Below, piece by piece: positions 46,970-55,734 of a stretch of DNA of 64,000 bases. Source of the DNA: Faecalimonas sp. (GTDB lineage: Bacteria; Bacillota; Clostridia; Lachnospirales; Lachnospiraceae). Each line of letters starts with the position of its first letter. The stretch's first letter is position 1. Made by a program: the position numbers and the translations under genes. Below the pieces are notes generated by a model, which saw only the letters and a program-made list of their open reading frames with translations, did no database searches and was not told the origin of the DNA. The DNA is taken from positions 17,914 to 81,913 of the forward strand of contig JBGVGF010000030.1 of NCBI GenBank assembly GCA_045121495.1. The letters run 5' to 3'.

Positions 46970-48262
46970 ATGGCAGATTATAGATTTGAAACACTTCAAC
47001 TTCACGTAGGACAGGAAACTCCAGATATTGCAACAGATTCAAGAGCTGTACCAATTTACGCAACTACTTCATATGTATTCCACGATTGTGCCCATGCGGC
47101 AGCACGTTTCGGATTGCAGGATGCAGGTAATATTTATGGCCGACTTACTAATTCAACGCAAGAAGTATTTGAAAAACGTATTGCAGCATTAGAAGGCGGT
47201 GTTGCAGCGTTAGCAGTGGCATCAGGCGCAGCAGCAATCAATTATACGATTGAAGCTCTGGCGCAAAACGGCGGACACATTGTTGCACAGAAAACAATTT
47301 ATGGAGGCAGCTATAACCTCCTTGCGAATACACTTCCAAATTTCGGGATTACAGCTACATTTGTAGATATTCACAATTTAGAAGAAGTAGAAAAAGCAAT
47401 TCAGGAAAATACGAGAGCTATTTATATAGAAACATTAGGAAATCCTAACAGTGATATTCCAGATATTGATGCAGTAGCAGAGTTAGCACACAAACATGGA
47501 TTACCTTTAGTTGTAGACAACACATTTGGCACACCATATCTGATTCGTCCGATTGAACACGGTGCGGATATTGTAGTTCATTCAGCTACAAAATTCATCG
47601 GCGGACATGGAACTACATTAGGTGGAATTATTGTAGATTCAGGAAATTTTGACTGGGCATCGTCAGGAAAATATCCAGCAATTGCAGCTCCTAACCCAAG
47701 CTATCATGGTGTTTCGTTTACACAGGCAGCAGGGGCAGCAGCTTTTGTTACATATATTCGTGCGATTCTATTACGAGATAAGGGGGCTACAATCTCACCA
47801 TTTGCAGCATTTCTGCTTTTACAAGGAACAGAGACTCTTTCACTTCGATTAGAACGGCATGCAGAAAATACGAAAAAAGTGATCGAATTTTTGGAAAAAC
47901 ATCCACAGGTAGAGAAAGTAAATCATCCTTCTCTAAAAGAGCATCCTGATCATGCTTTGTATGAGAAATATTTTCCAAATGGCGGGGCATCTATTTTTAC
48001 ATTTGAAATTGAAGGTGGCGTAAAAGAAGCGCATAAATTTATCGATAGTTTGAAAATCTTCTCTCTTCTTGCGAATGTTGCAGATGTGAAGAGTCTTGTG
48101 ATTCATCCGGCAACTACAACACATAGCCAGCTCACAGAAGAGGAATTGGCAGATCAGAATATTAAGCCTAATACGATTCGTCTATCGATTGGTACAGAGC
48201 ATATTGAAGATATTCTGGCAGATTTACAACAAGGATTTGACGCGGTGAAAAACAACTGCTAA
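46970..48262 (+). CDS. metY: O-acetylhomoserine/O-acetylserine sulfhydrylase
   Basis: GNIYGRLTN, HSATKFIGGHG PLP lysine, ANVADVKSLVIHPATTTH. Confidence 0.9.
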   Translation: MADYRFETLQLHVGQETPDIATDSRAVPIYATTSYVFHDCAHAAARFGLQDAGNIYGRLTNSTQEVFEKRIAALEGGVAALAVASGAAAINYTIEALAQNGGHIVAQKTIYGGSYNLLANTLPNFGITATFVDIHNLEEVEKAIQENTRAIYIETLGNPNSDIPDIDAVAELAHKHGLPLVVDNTFGTPYLIRPIEHGADIVVHSATKFIGGHGTTLGGIIVDSGNFDWASSGKYPAIAAPNPSYHGVSFTQAAGAAAFVTYIRAILLRDKGATISPFAAFLLLQGTETLSLRLERHAENTKKVIEFLEKHPQVEKVNHPSLKEHPDHALYEKYFPNGGASIFTFEIEGGVKEAHKFIDSLKIFSLLANVADVKSLVIHPATTTHSQLTEEELADQNIKPNTIRLSIGTEHIEDILADLQQGFDAVKNNC

Positions 48263-48295
48263 TATCATTTTATAAATATAAAAGAGGTAATAAGT

Positions 48296-48715
48296 ATGTT
48301 GATTTCCACAAGAGGCAGATATGCAATTAGAGTGATGTTAGATTTGGCTGAACATGGTTCGGAACGTTATGTTCCAATGAAGATTGTAGCAGAAAGACAG
48401 AATTTGTCATTAAAATATATCGAGCGTATTGTTCCGGTTCTCACAAAAAATGGATTTATTGAAGGTGTTCATGGCAAAGGCGGTGGATATCGTTTAACCA
48501 GAACACCCAAGGAATATAATATCGGAGATATTCTAAGGTTAGCAGAGGGAGATCTTTCACCAGTTGCATGTTTGGAATGTGATGCAAAAGCATGTGATCG
48601 TGCGGAAACATGTAAAACATTGCCGATGTGGATCAAATTTAAAAATATGATAGATGAATATTTTGATGGCATTACATTAGAAGATTTATTAAATGGCAAT
48701 CTGCACAATGATTAA
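48296..48715 (+). CDS. Rrf2-family regulator (CymR/IscR-like)
   Basis: ISTRGRYA, SLKYIERI, HGKGGGYRL; three Cys. Confidence 0.9.
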   Translation: MLISTRGRYAIRVMLDLAEHGSERYVPMKIVAERQNLSLKYIERIVPVLTKNGFIEGVHGKGGGYRLTRTPKEYNIGDILRLAEGDLSPVACLECDAKACDRAETCKTLPMWIKFKNMIDEYFDGITLEDLLNGNLHND

Positions 48716-48789
48716 TGTTAATAAGTTTGTGAAAGATGTATATTGCATTTTACAAAGCAAAAAAATAAAATAGAAAAGTCGAGTGGCGA

Positions 48790-48830
48790 AAGCGTAAGTC
48801 CGGATTATTCGGGACTTGCGCTTTTTTTTG
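48790..48830 (+). terminator. Terminator hairpin just upstream of first MATE gene
   Basis: AAGCGTAAGTCCCG / CGGGACTTGCGCTT plus T run. Confidence 0.8.
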
Positions 48831-48858
48831 CGCCACTAGAAAATTTTAGGAGGTATTT

Positions 48859-50253
48859 ATGGAAAAAATAAATCAATCTTATTTAGTGACCGAAAAGATC
48901 GGCAAACTTATGCAAAAATATGCGGTTCCATGTATCATTTCTTTACTTGTAGGAGCACTTTATAACATTGTTGACCAGATTTTTATCGCAAATGCATCGT
49001 ATCTGGGTTCTTATGGAAACGCAGCAAATACAGTTGTATTTCCACTTACAGTAATCGCACTTGCTATCGCAGTTATGATAGGTGATGGATGTTGTGCATA
49101 TGTAAGTCTCTGTCTGGGGAAAAAGGATGAGAAAGATGCTAAGAAAAGTATTGGAAATTCAGTTATATTAACAATAATCAGCAGTCTTATACTTACAATA
49201 ATCTATTTGGTATTTAGCGATCAGATTATCGCAATGTTTGGTGGTACTGTAAATGCGGAGACATTCAGACATTCTAAGGAATACTTTTTCTATATTACAT
49301 TGGGAATTCCTTTTTATATGTTTGGTCAGGCATTGAATCCTATTATCCGTGCAGATGGAAATCCAAAGTTCGCAATGATCTCTACTCTGGCGGGAGCTGT
49401 CATAAACATTATCTTAGATCCAATCATGATTTTCGGATTCAAATGGGGCATGATGGGTGCAGCAGTGGCAACTGTAATTGGTCAGGTAGCAACAGCCCTT
49501 CTTGGAGCGTGGTATTTACTCCATACAAAGAGTGTCAGACTGGAGAAAGTGGATTTTTATCCTTGTAAACGAATCATAGGTCGTACATTAGTGCTGGGTA
49601 TGTGTAGTTTTTTGTCGCAGATTTCTCTGGTAGCAGCTATGGCAGCGATTAATAACATGATTCGAAAATATAGTGCATTGGATCTGATATTTGGACAAGA
49701 AGAATATGCACAGATTCCGATGGCTGTTGTTGGAATTGTAATGAAGTTCTTCCAGATTGTGATTTCGATCGTTGTTGGTATGGCGGCAGGATGTATCCCG
49801 ATTGTCGGTTACAATATGGGTGCAGAACGCAAAGATCGCGTGAAAGATCTGTTTACAAAACTCCTGATTGCGGAAGCATGTGTAGGGGCGGTTGCTTTTA
49901 TTATAGTAGAAGTATTTCCAGGGCAGCTGATTGCAATTTTTGGTGCTGCAAATGAAAGTATCTATTATACAGAGTTTGCAATGAAAGCATTTCGTATATA
50001 CCTGTGTATGGTGGTTTTTGCATGTGTAAATAAAGCAGCATTTATCTTTCTGCAGGCAATGGGAAAAGCAGTTGCTTCTACATTGCTCTCTATGATCCGA
50101 GAAATTGTGTTTGGTGTAGGATTTGCATTGATACTCCCAATGTTCTTTGGGTTAAATGGAGTGCTATATTCTATGCCAGTGTCAGATGTGCTTACTTTTG
50201 TAGCTTCCATGATCGTTATTATTGGAACATATAAACAACTATCAAAGAGTTGA
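48859..50253 (+). CDS. MATE efflux transporter
   Basis: ALYNIVDQIFI, IRADGNP, NIILDP, PIVGYNMGA. Confidence 0.92.
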   Translation: MEKINQSYLVTEKIGKLMQKYAVPCIISLLVGALYNIVDQIFIANASYLGSYGNAANTVVFPLTVIALAIAVMIGDGCCAYVSLCLGKKDEKDAKKSIGNSVILTIISSLILTIIYLVFSDQIIAMFGGTVNAETFRHSKEYFFYITLGIPFYMFGQALNPIIRADGNPKFAMISTLAGAVINIILDPIMIFGFKWGMMGAAVATVIGQVATALLGAWYLLHTKSVRLEKVDFYPCKRIIGRTLVLGMCSFLSQISLVAAMAAINNMIRKYSALDLIFGQEEYAQIPMAVVGIVMKFFQIVISIVVGMAAGCIPIVGYNMGAERKDRVKDLFTKLLIAEACVGAVAFIIVEVFPGQLIAIFGAANESIYYTEFAMKAFRIYLCMVVFACVNKAAFIFLQAMGKAVASTLLSMIREIVFGVGFALILPMFFGLNGVLYSMPVSDVLTFVASMIVIIGTYKQLSKS

Positions 50254-50298
50254 AAATAGTTATTCGCCTGTGATAGAATCATCTGGAGGTGAATACAA

Positions 50299-51654
50299 AT
50301 GAAAAATCCATTAGGTTATGAAAAAATATCGACCCTCTTAAGGCAATTTGCAGTTCCAAGTATTATTGCGATGCTGGTAAGTTCGCTTTATAACATAGTT
50401 GACCAGATTTTTATTGGACATGGTGTTGGTTATTTGGGAAATGCGGCAACCAATGTTGCCTATCCGCTTACTACGATTTGTCTTGCGATAGCTCTTTTAA
50501 TAGGAATTGGAAGTGCTTCCAGATACTCGATTTATTTGGGACAAAAAGAGGAAGAAAAAGCAGCAAGGGTCGTTGGAAATGGCGTATGCATGATGTTTGT
50601 GCTGGGAACCTTGTATGCGATTATGATTGAAGTGTTATTGTATCCGATGCTGAATGCGTTCGGGGCGACAAAAGATGTGTTACCATATGCAGTCAGCTAT
50701 ACAAGAATTACGGCAGTTGGTATGCCGCTTTTGATTGTAACAAATGCGATGAGTAATCTCGCAAGGGCAGATGGCAGTCCGAAATATTCCATGACAAGTA
50801 TGTTGATCGGCGCGATTATTAATACAATCCTTGATCCTGTTTTTATCTTTATATTTGACATGGGAGTGGCAGGCGCAGCCATTGCAACGGTAATCGGACA
50901 GGTGTGTTCTTTTGTATATGCTTTGCGTTATCTAAAGAGATTTAAGTGTGTTACTTTAAAGAAAGAATATTTTAGATTGAGTCTGAAAGAAAGTTTTACA
51001 ACAGCATCACTTGGAATTAGCAACAGTATGAATCAGGTGGCAATTACATTTGTTCAGATTGTACTTAACAACTCGCTTACACATTATGGAGCATTGAGTG
51101 TATATGGGTCAGACATCCCACTTGCAGCTAACGGGATAGTAATGAAAACAAATGGAATTCTGATGGCATTTATCATAGGACTTTCCCAAGGAATGCAGCC
51201 GATTATTGGATTTAATTATGGAGCAAAGCAATATGAACGAGTACGTAAGACATATAAACTCGCAATTTGCTGTAGTTTCGTGATCACAACGATTGGATTT
51301 GTAATGTTTCAGTGTTTCCCTAGACAGATTCTTTCTGTTTTTGGAAATGGGGATGAACTTTATTTCCAGTTTGCAATTCGGTTTATGAGAATTTTCTTGT
51401 TTATGATTATGGCGAACGGAGTTCAGTTGCTTTCTTCGAATCTGTTTTCGGCAATTGGGAAACCACTCAAGGGTTTATTCCTTAGCATGACAAGGCAGGT
51501 GTTATTTTTAATTCCGTTAATTTTAATTCTGCCAAATTTCATGGGAATCGATGGGGTATTGTATGCGGCACCGGCTGCAGATACAGCAGCAATTTGTGTA
51601 ACGCTAATTTTTATAATGAAAGAATTAGGGAAAATGAAGAAATTGGAAGCGTAA
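50299..51654 (+). CDS. MATE efflux transporter
   Basis: SLYNIVDQIFIG, ARADGSP, QPIIGFNYGA. Confidence 0.92.
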   Translation: MKNPLGYEKISTLLRQFAVPSIIAMLVSSLYNIVDQIFIGHGVGYLGNAATNVAYPLTTICLAIALLIGIGSASRYSIYLGQKEEEKAARVVGNGVCMMFVLGTLYAIMIEVLLYPMLNAFGATKDVLPYAVSYTRITAVGMPLLIVTNAMSNLARADGSPKYSMTSMLIGAIINTILDPVFIFIFDMGVAGAAIATVIGQVCSFVYALRYLKRFKCVTLKKEYFRLSLKESFTTASLGISNSMNQVAITFVQIVLNNSLTHYGALSVYGSDIPLAANGIVMKTNGILMAFIIGLSQGMQPIIGFNYGAKQYERVRKTYKLAICCSFVITTIGFVMFQCFPRQILSVFGNGDELYFQFAIRFMRIFLFMIMANGVQLLSSNLFSAIGKPLKGLFLSMTRQVLFLIPLILILPNFMGIDGVLYAAPAADTAAICVTLIFIMKELGKMKKLEA

Positions 51655-51801
51655 AACGCTTCCTTTTTTGATTTAGATAAAAAATATCTAAATTCATAAA
51701 AATATAGTGGCTTTCTTACAAAGTTTTGGATATAATGATTAACAGATGTGACAAAAATGTTAAAAATATTCAAATGATTGTAAACGAAATGAGGAAAACT
51801 A

Positions 51802-52629
51802 ATGAAAAAGCAATGCAAATATTTCATGGGAATCTGCTTTCTGATGCTTCTAATGTTACTTTTGGCACCAATTCAGACAGAAGCTGCAGATTTGAACAAG
51901 GAATCTATGGAACAAGTCAAAGGAAATATGGACTGGAGATGGCCGGTTCCATCATCAAATACATTGAGTTCATGTTATATAGATGGCCGTGATCATTATG
52001 CGCTTGATATCTATGCACCAGAAGGTGATCTAGTTTATGCTTGCTTTGAAGGAGAAGTGATTAAGACCTTCAGTTCATGTCCGCATAATTATGGAAAAAG
52101 TTATGATTGTGGATGTGAAGGCGGTTTGGGGAATTATGTTTATATCCATCACATTTATAATGGAGTGGACTATGTAAGTAGGTATGGACACTTGACATCA
52201 GTAGATGTTTCAGTTGGTGATCTGGTTACAAAAGATACGATCATTGGGACGATAGGTTCTACTGGAATTTCAGCAAACTATCATTTGGATTTAAGAATAT
52301 ATCGAGGATGTGATGAGCGTCAGGAACATGAAGATTGTGTAGATCCTTTATTGGATTTCTTTTTGGAAGTTCCGGAAGGCATCAATGCAAACAGGGCATC
52401 GACAGGATGCTGCTATACATATGTATGTGAAGTGAAAGAAGTATGTGAGGCGTTCAAAGTACAGAAAGAAGCAGAAGAATTGGCAAGGCAGGAAGCCGAG
52501 AAAAAAGCATTTGAATCAGCAATGCGTAACTGGGTAGAGTCAGAGCTTCTTAATGAACACAATTATTTTGGAACAAAGCTTGTGGATGTAAAAATTGGAT
52601 TGAAAAATTTTGTAGAAAATTATAAATAA
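51802..52629 (+). CDS. Secreted M23-family metallopeptidase
   Basis: Signal peptide; HYALDI, GNYVYI, YGHL, HLDL zinc motifs. Confidence 0.85.
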   Translation: MKKQCKYFMGICFLMLLMLLLAPIQTEAADLNKESMEQVKGNMDWRWPVPSSNTLSSCYIDGRDHYALDIYAPEGDLVYACFEGEVIKTFSSCPHNYGKSYDCGCEGGLGNYVYIHHIYNGVDYVSRYGHLTSVDVSVGDLVTKDTIIGTIGSTGISANYHLDLRIYRGCDERQEHEDCVDPLLDFFLEVPEGINANRASTGCCYTYVCEVKEVCEAFKVQKEAEELARQEAEKKAFESAMRNWVESELLNEHNYFGTKLVDVKIGLKNFVENYK

Positions 52630-52631
52630 TA

Positions 52632-52674
52632 AAAAGTAAAAGCGTAAGTTTGTTGGACTTACGCTTTTACTTTT
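52632..52674. terminator. Bidirectional terminator, perfect 18-bp stem
   Basis: AAAAGTAAAAGCGTAAGT / ACTTACGCTTTTACTTTT. Confidence 0.85.
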
Positions 52675-52907
52675 GAGAGAAGAGGAATTTATATCTAACG
52701 CTATAAAACGGAATTTTTAGACGAAGACAGGCGGCCGTAAATAAATACTTAAGTCCAACCGATGTCCTCACTTATTTTGATATTATTATTATATGCGACA
52801 AATATGAGTGAAATATGACTAATCCACAAAAGAATTCTAAAATTTCTAAAGAATTTCATAAGAAAAAATGATATAGTTATTTCGTATAAAAATTGGAGGA
52901 AACAGGT

Positions 52908-53495
52908 ATGAAAAATAGCAGAATAATTCTTGCATCGGCATCACCGAGAAGAAAAGAACTGATGGCACTTGCGGGATACGAATTTGAGATAAAAGTAAGT
53001 AATAAAGAAGAAAAATACAGCAGCACAAGTCCGGATGAAATCGTAAAAGAATTGTCACTTCTCAAAGCAGAGGACATCGCGGGACAGACAGAGCAAAAGG
53101 AACTAATCATTATTGGTGCGGATACGGTTGTGGCGCATAATGGTGAAATCCTTGGAAAACCTTATTCCAAGGAACATGCATATCAGATGATAAAAAGTTT
53201 TCAGGGAGATAAACATCAGGTATTCACAGGTGTGGCGATTCTGAAATTTGATGAACAAGGAAACAAAAAAGTTATCAGTCATGCTGTGAGAACAGATGTC
53301 TATGTGAACAAAATGACAGATGAGGAAATCTGGAACTATATCGAAAAGGATAATGTGATGGATAAAGCAGGGGCCTACGGCATTCAGAGCGGTTTTGCAA
53401 TTCATATCGAGAAGATCGAGGGAGATTATTTTAATGTAGTCGGGTTGCCAATTTCATTTATTTATGAAGCTTTAAAAAATGGGAGATTTGTTTGA
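52908..53495 (+). CDS. maf: Maf-like nucleotide pyrophosphatase
   Basis: ILASASPRRKEL, IGADTVV, DKAGAYGIQ, NVVGLP. Confidence 0.93.
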   Translation: MKNSRIILASASPRRKELMALAGYEFEIKVSNKEEKYSSTSPDEIVKELSLLKAEDIAGQTEQKELIIIGADTVVAHNGEILGKPYSKEHAYQMIKSFQGDKHQVFTGVAILKFDEQGNKKVISHAVRTDVYVNKMTDEEIWNYIEKDNVMDKAGAYGIQSGFAIHIEKIEGDYFNVVGLPISFIYEALKNGRFV

Positions 53496-53509
53496 TTTTA
53501 TCTACTTAC

Positions 53510-53688
53510 GAATTCGTTGCTTATTATCCTCTGCTTCAATGCTCCACTGCATTCAACTTCATCTAGTATCTGTAAGCAAAAAAAGAATGCTTGCCGTGAG
53601 AGGCTCGCATTCTTTTTTTTTACATCTACACGATGAATTTTCAATTGTTCCGCTTAAACTTCAGCTTCGGATAAGAAGCAACGAATTC
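53510..53688. ncRNA. Candidate rod-like structured RNA or MITE (179 nt)
   Basis: 19/20 terminal inverted repeat plus nested internal stems and a central bubble. Confidence 0.4.
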
Positions 53689-54231
53689 TGTATGCAGCTA
53701 AAATAAACAAATTAAAAAAGGCGCTGCGCACCAAAGTTTGTTGGCTTAGGCGAGGGTGAATTGCTTGGTGAATATAAAAAAGTTTCCAATGGAGAAGACA
53801 AGCTCATTCTCACTTTATGAAAAAGGTATATGACGAGATACCAGTTTTAAGAAAGACAGGTATCCTGAGCTTCAATTCTTATATCAGGATACATTGCCCA
53901 AAAAACTTGCTTAAAAAGACTCAAAATAGTCAGATTGGACGTATGTATAAAAACAAGTGAATGCTACCGTCACTTTTACCGAATTCATGGGCAGTATTAG
54001 TTCCTTTTTTTACATTTAGAAAAAACACATCATTTAGAGCTATTTTTAGCAAGTTTTTTGGCAGTGGATTTAAAAAATTCGATATATACCCAGGGCATTT
54101 CTTACAAGCTATACTTTTCTCACATATGCCCACGCCATTTACAGCAAGCTCTGCGCTATAAAAATCCCCACGAAAAAAGTAGCCATAAATTGACTACTTT
54201 TATTTCTATTACTTAGATAAATCCCTAATTT

Positions 54232-55716
54232 TTATAAGTTTGTATATCCCATCATGGACGCATCTACTTCTTTTGCCACGTTTCTGCCTTCGGAAATCGC
54301 CCATACAACGAGAGACTGGCCTCTGTGCATATCTCCTGCCACAAACACATTTTCCCTGCTTGTTTTATAAGAATCAGATGCTGTTGCTACATTTGTTCTT
54401 GCATTACGTTCTACGTCAAAAGTTTCTGCCACATAGCTCTCACATCCTAAGAATCCTGCTGCGATCAGAACAAGATCTGCCGGAATCTCTCTCTGGCTTC
54501 CTTCTACCGGTTTCATCACGACTCTTTTCGCTTCTTCGTCATATTCCGGAGAAAGACTGACAATCTTAACTGCACATACGTTTCCTTCATCATTTTTGAC
54601 AAACTCCGTTACTGTTGTCTGATACATTCTTGGATCTGCTCCAAATACTTCGATTGCTTCTTCCTGGCCATAATCTGTCTTTAAGACTTTTGGCCATTCT
54701 GGCCACGGATTACTATCCAGACGTTTTTCAGACAATTTCGGCATCATTTCCAACTGAACTACATTTGCTGCACCAAGACGAATCGAAGTACCAACACAGT
54801 CATTTCCTGTGTCACCGCCACCGATGACAACCACATTCTTATCCTTTGCAAGTTCATATGGCACATTTTTAAAGTTGGTGTCTAAAAGCTGTTTTGTCAC
54901 CTTTGAAAGAAAATCTACTGCAAAATAGATACCGCCGGCTTCTCTTCCAGGTGCATTGATATCTCTTGGATTGGAAGCACCGCAAGCTAAAATAACTTTA
55001 TCATATTGGCCTAATAATTCTTCGCCGGAAATGTCCTTCCCTACATTGACATTACACTGAAATTCAATGCCGGATGCTTTCATAATCTCAATTCTACGGT
55101 CAATCACTGATTTATCCAGCTTCATATTTGGAATACCATAGCGGAGCAGTCCGCCAAGACGATCATTTCGTTCAAAGACCGTTACAGAATGTCCTCTTTG
55201 ATTTAATTGCTGTGCAGCCGCAAGTCCGGCAGGTCCACTTCCAACCACTGCCACTTTCTTTCCAGTACGCACTTTTGGAGTAACTGGTTTTACCAATCCA
55301 TGTGCAAAGGCATATTCGATCACTGCCTTTTCATTCTCTTTTGTAGAGACTGGTGCTGAATGTAGTCCGCAGGTACATGCCGCTTCGCAAAGTGCCGGGC
55401 AGACTCTTGAAGTAAATTCCGGGAAACTGTGCGTCTTACTAAGACGCACATATCCTTCTTCCCATCTTCCCTGGTAAACTAAGTCATTCACTTCTGGAAC
55501 CAGATTATGTAGTGGACAGCCAGAAGCCATTCCTGCGATCATCACACCTGCCTGACAAAATGGCACTCCACATTCCATACAGCGTGCCCCTTGCAGGCGC
55601 TGCTCCTCTTCTGCAAGTCTCCCATGAAATTCTTCAAAATTCTGGATTCGCTCCGTGGCTGGAGTTTCTGGTCCAACTTTTCTTTCATATTCTAAAAATC
55701 CTGTTGCTTTTCCCAT
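54232..55716 (-). CDS. gltD: Glutamate synthase small subunit
   Basis: RCMECGVPFC, GCPLHN, GSGPAGL, GGGDTGNDC. Confidence 0.95.
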   Translation of the reverse strand: MGKATGFLEYERKVGPETPATERIQNFEEFHGRLAEEEQRLQGARCMECGVPFCQAGVMIAGMASGCPLHNLVPEVNDLVYQGRWEEGYVRLSKTHSFPEFTSRVCPALCEAACTCGLHSAPVSTKENEKAVIEYAFAHGLVKPVTPKVRTGKKVAVVGSGPAGLAAAQQLNQRGHSVTVFERNDRLGGLLRYGIPNMKLDKSVIDRRIEIMKASGIEFQCNVNVGKDISGEELLGQYDKVILACGASNPRDINAPGREAGGIYFAVDFLSKVTKQLLDTNFKNVPYELAKDKNVVVIGGGDTGNDCVGTSIRLGAANVVQLEMMPKLSEKRLDSNPWPEWPKVLKTDYGQEEAIEVFGADPRMYQTTVTEFVKNDEGNVCAVKIVSLSPEYDEEAKRVVMKPVEGSQREIPADLVLIAAGFLGCESYVAETFDVERNARTNVATASDSYKTSRENVFVAGDMHRGQSLVVWAISEGRNVAKEVDASMMGYTNL

Positions 55717-55734
55717 ATTCTTTTTCTCCCTCCA

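Noticed and set aside
53479-54161. Short ORFs in the maf-gltD gap (53479-53706, 53930-54133, 53961-54161)
   Set aside because: No RBS, atypical composition, and they overlap inverted-repeat structures.
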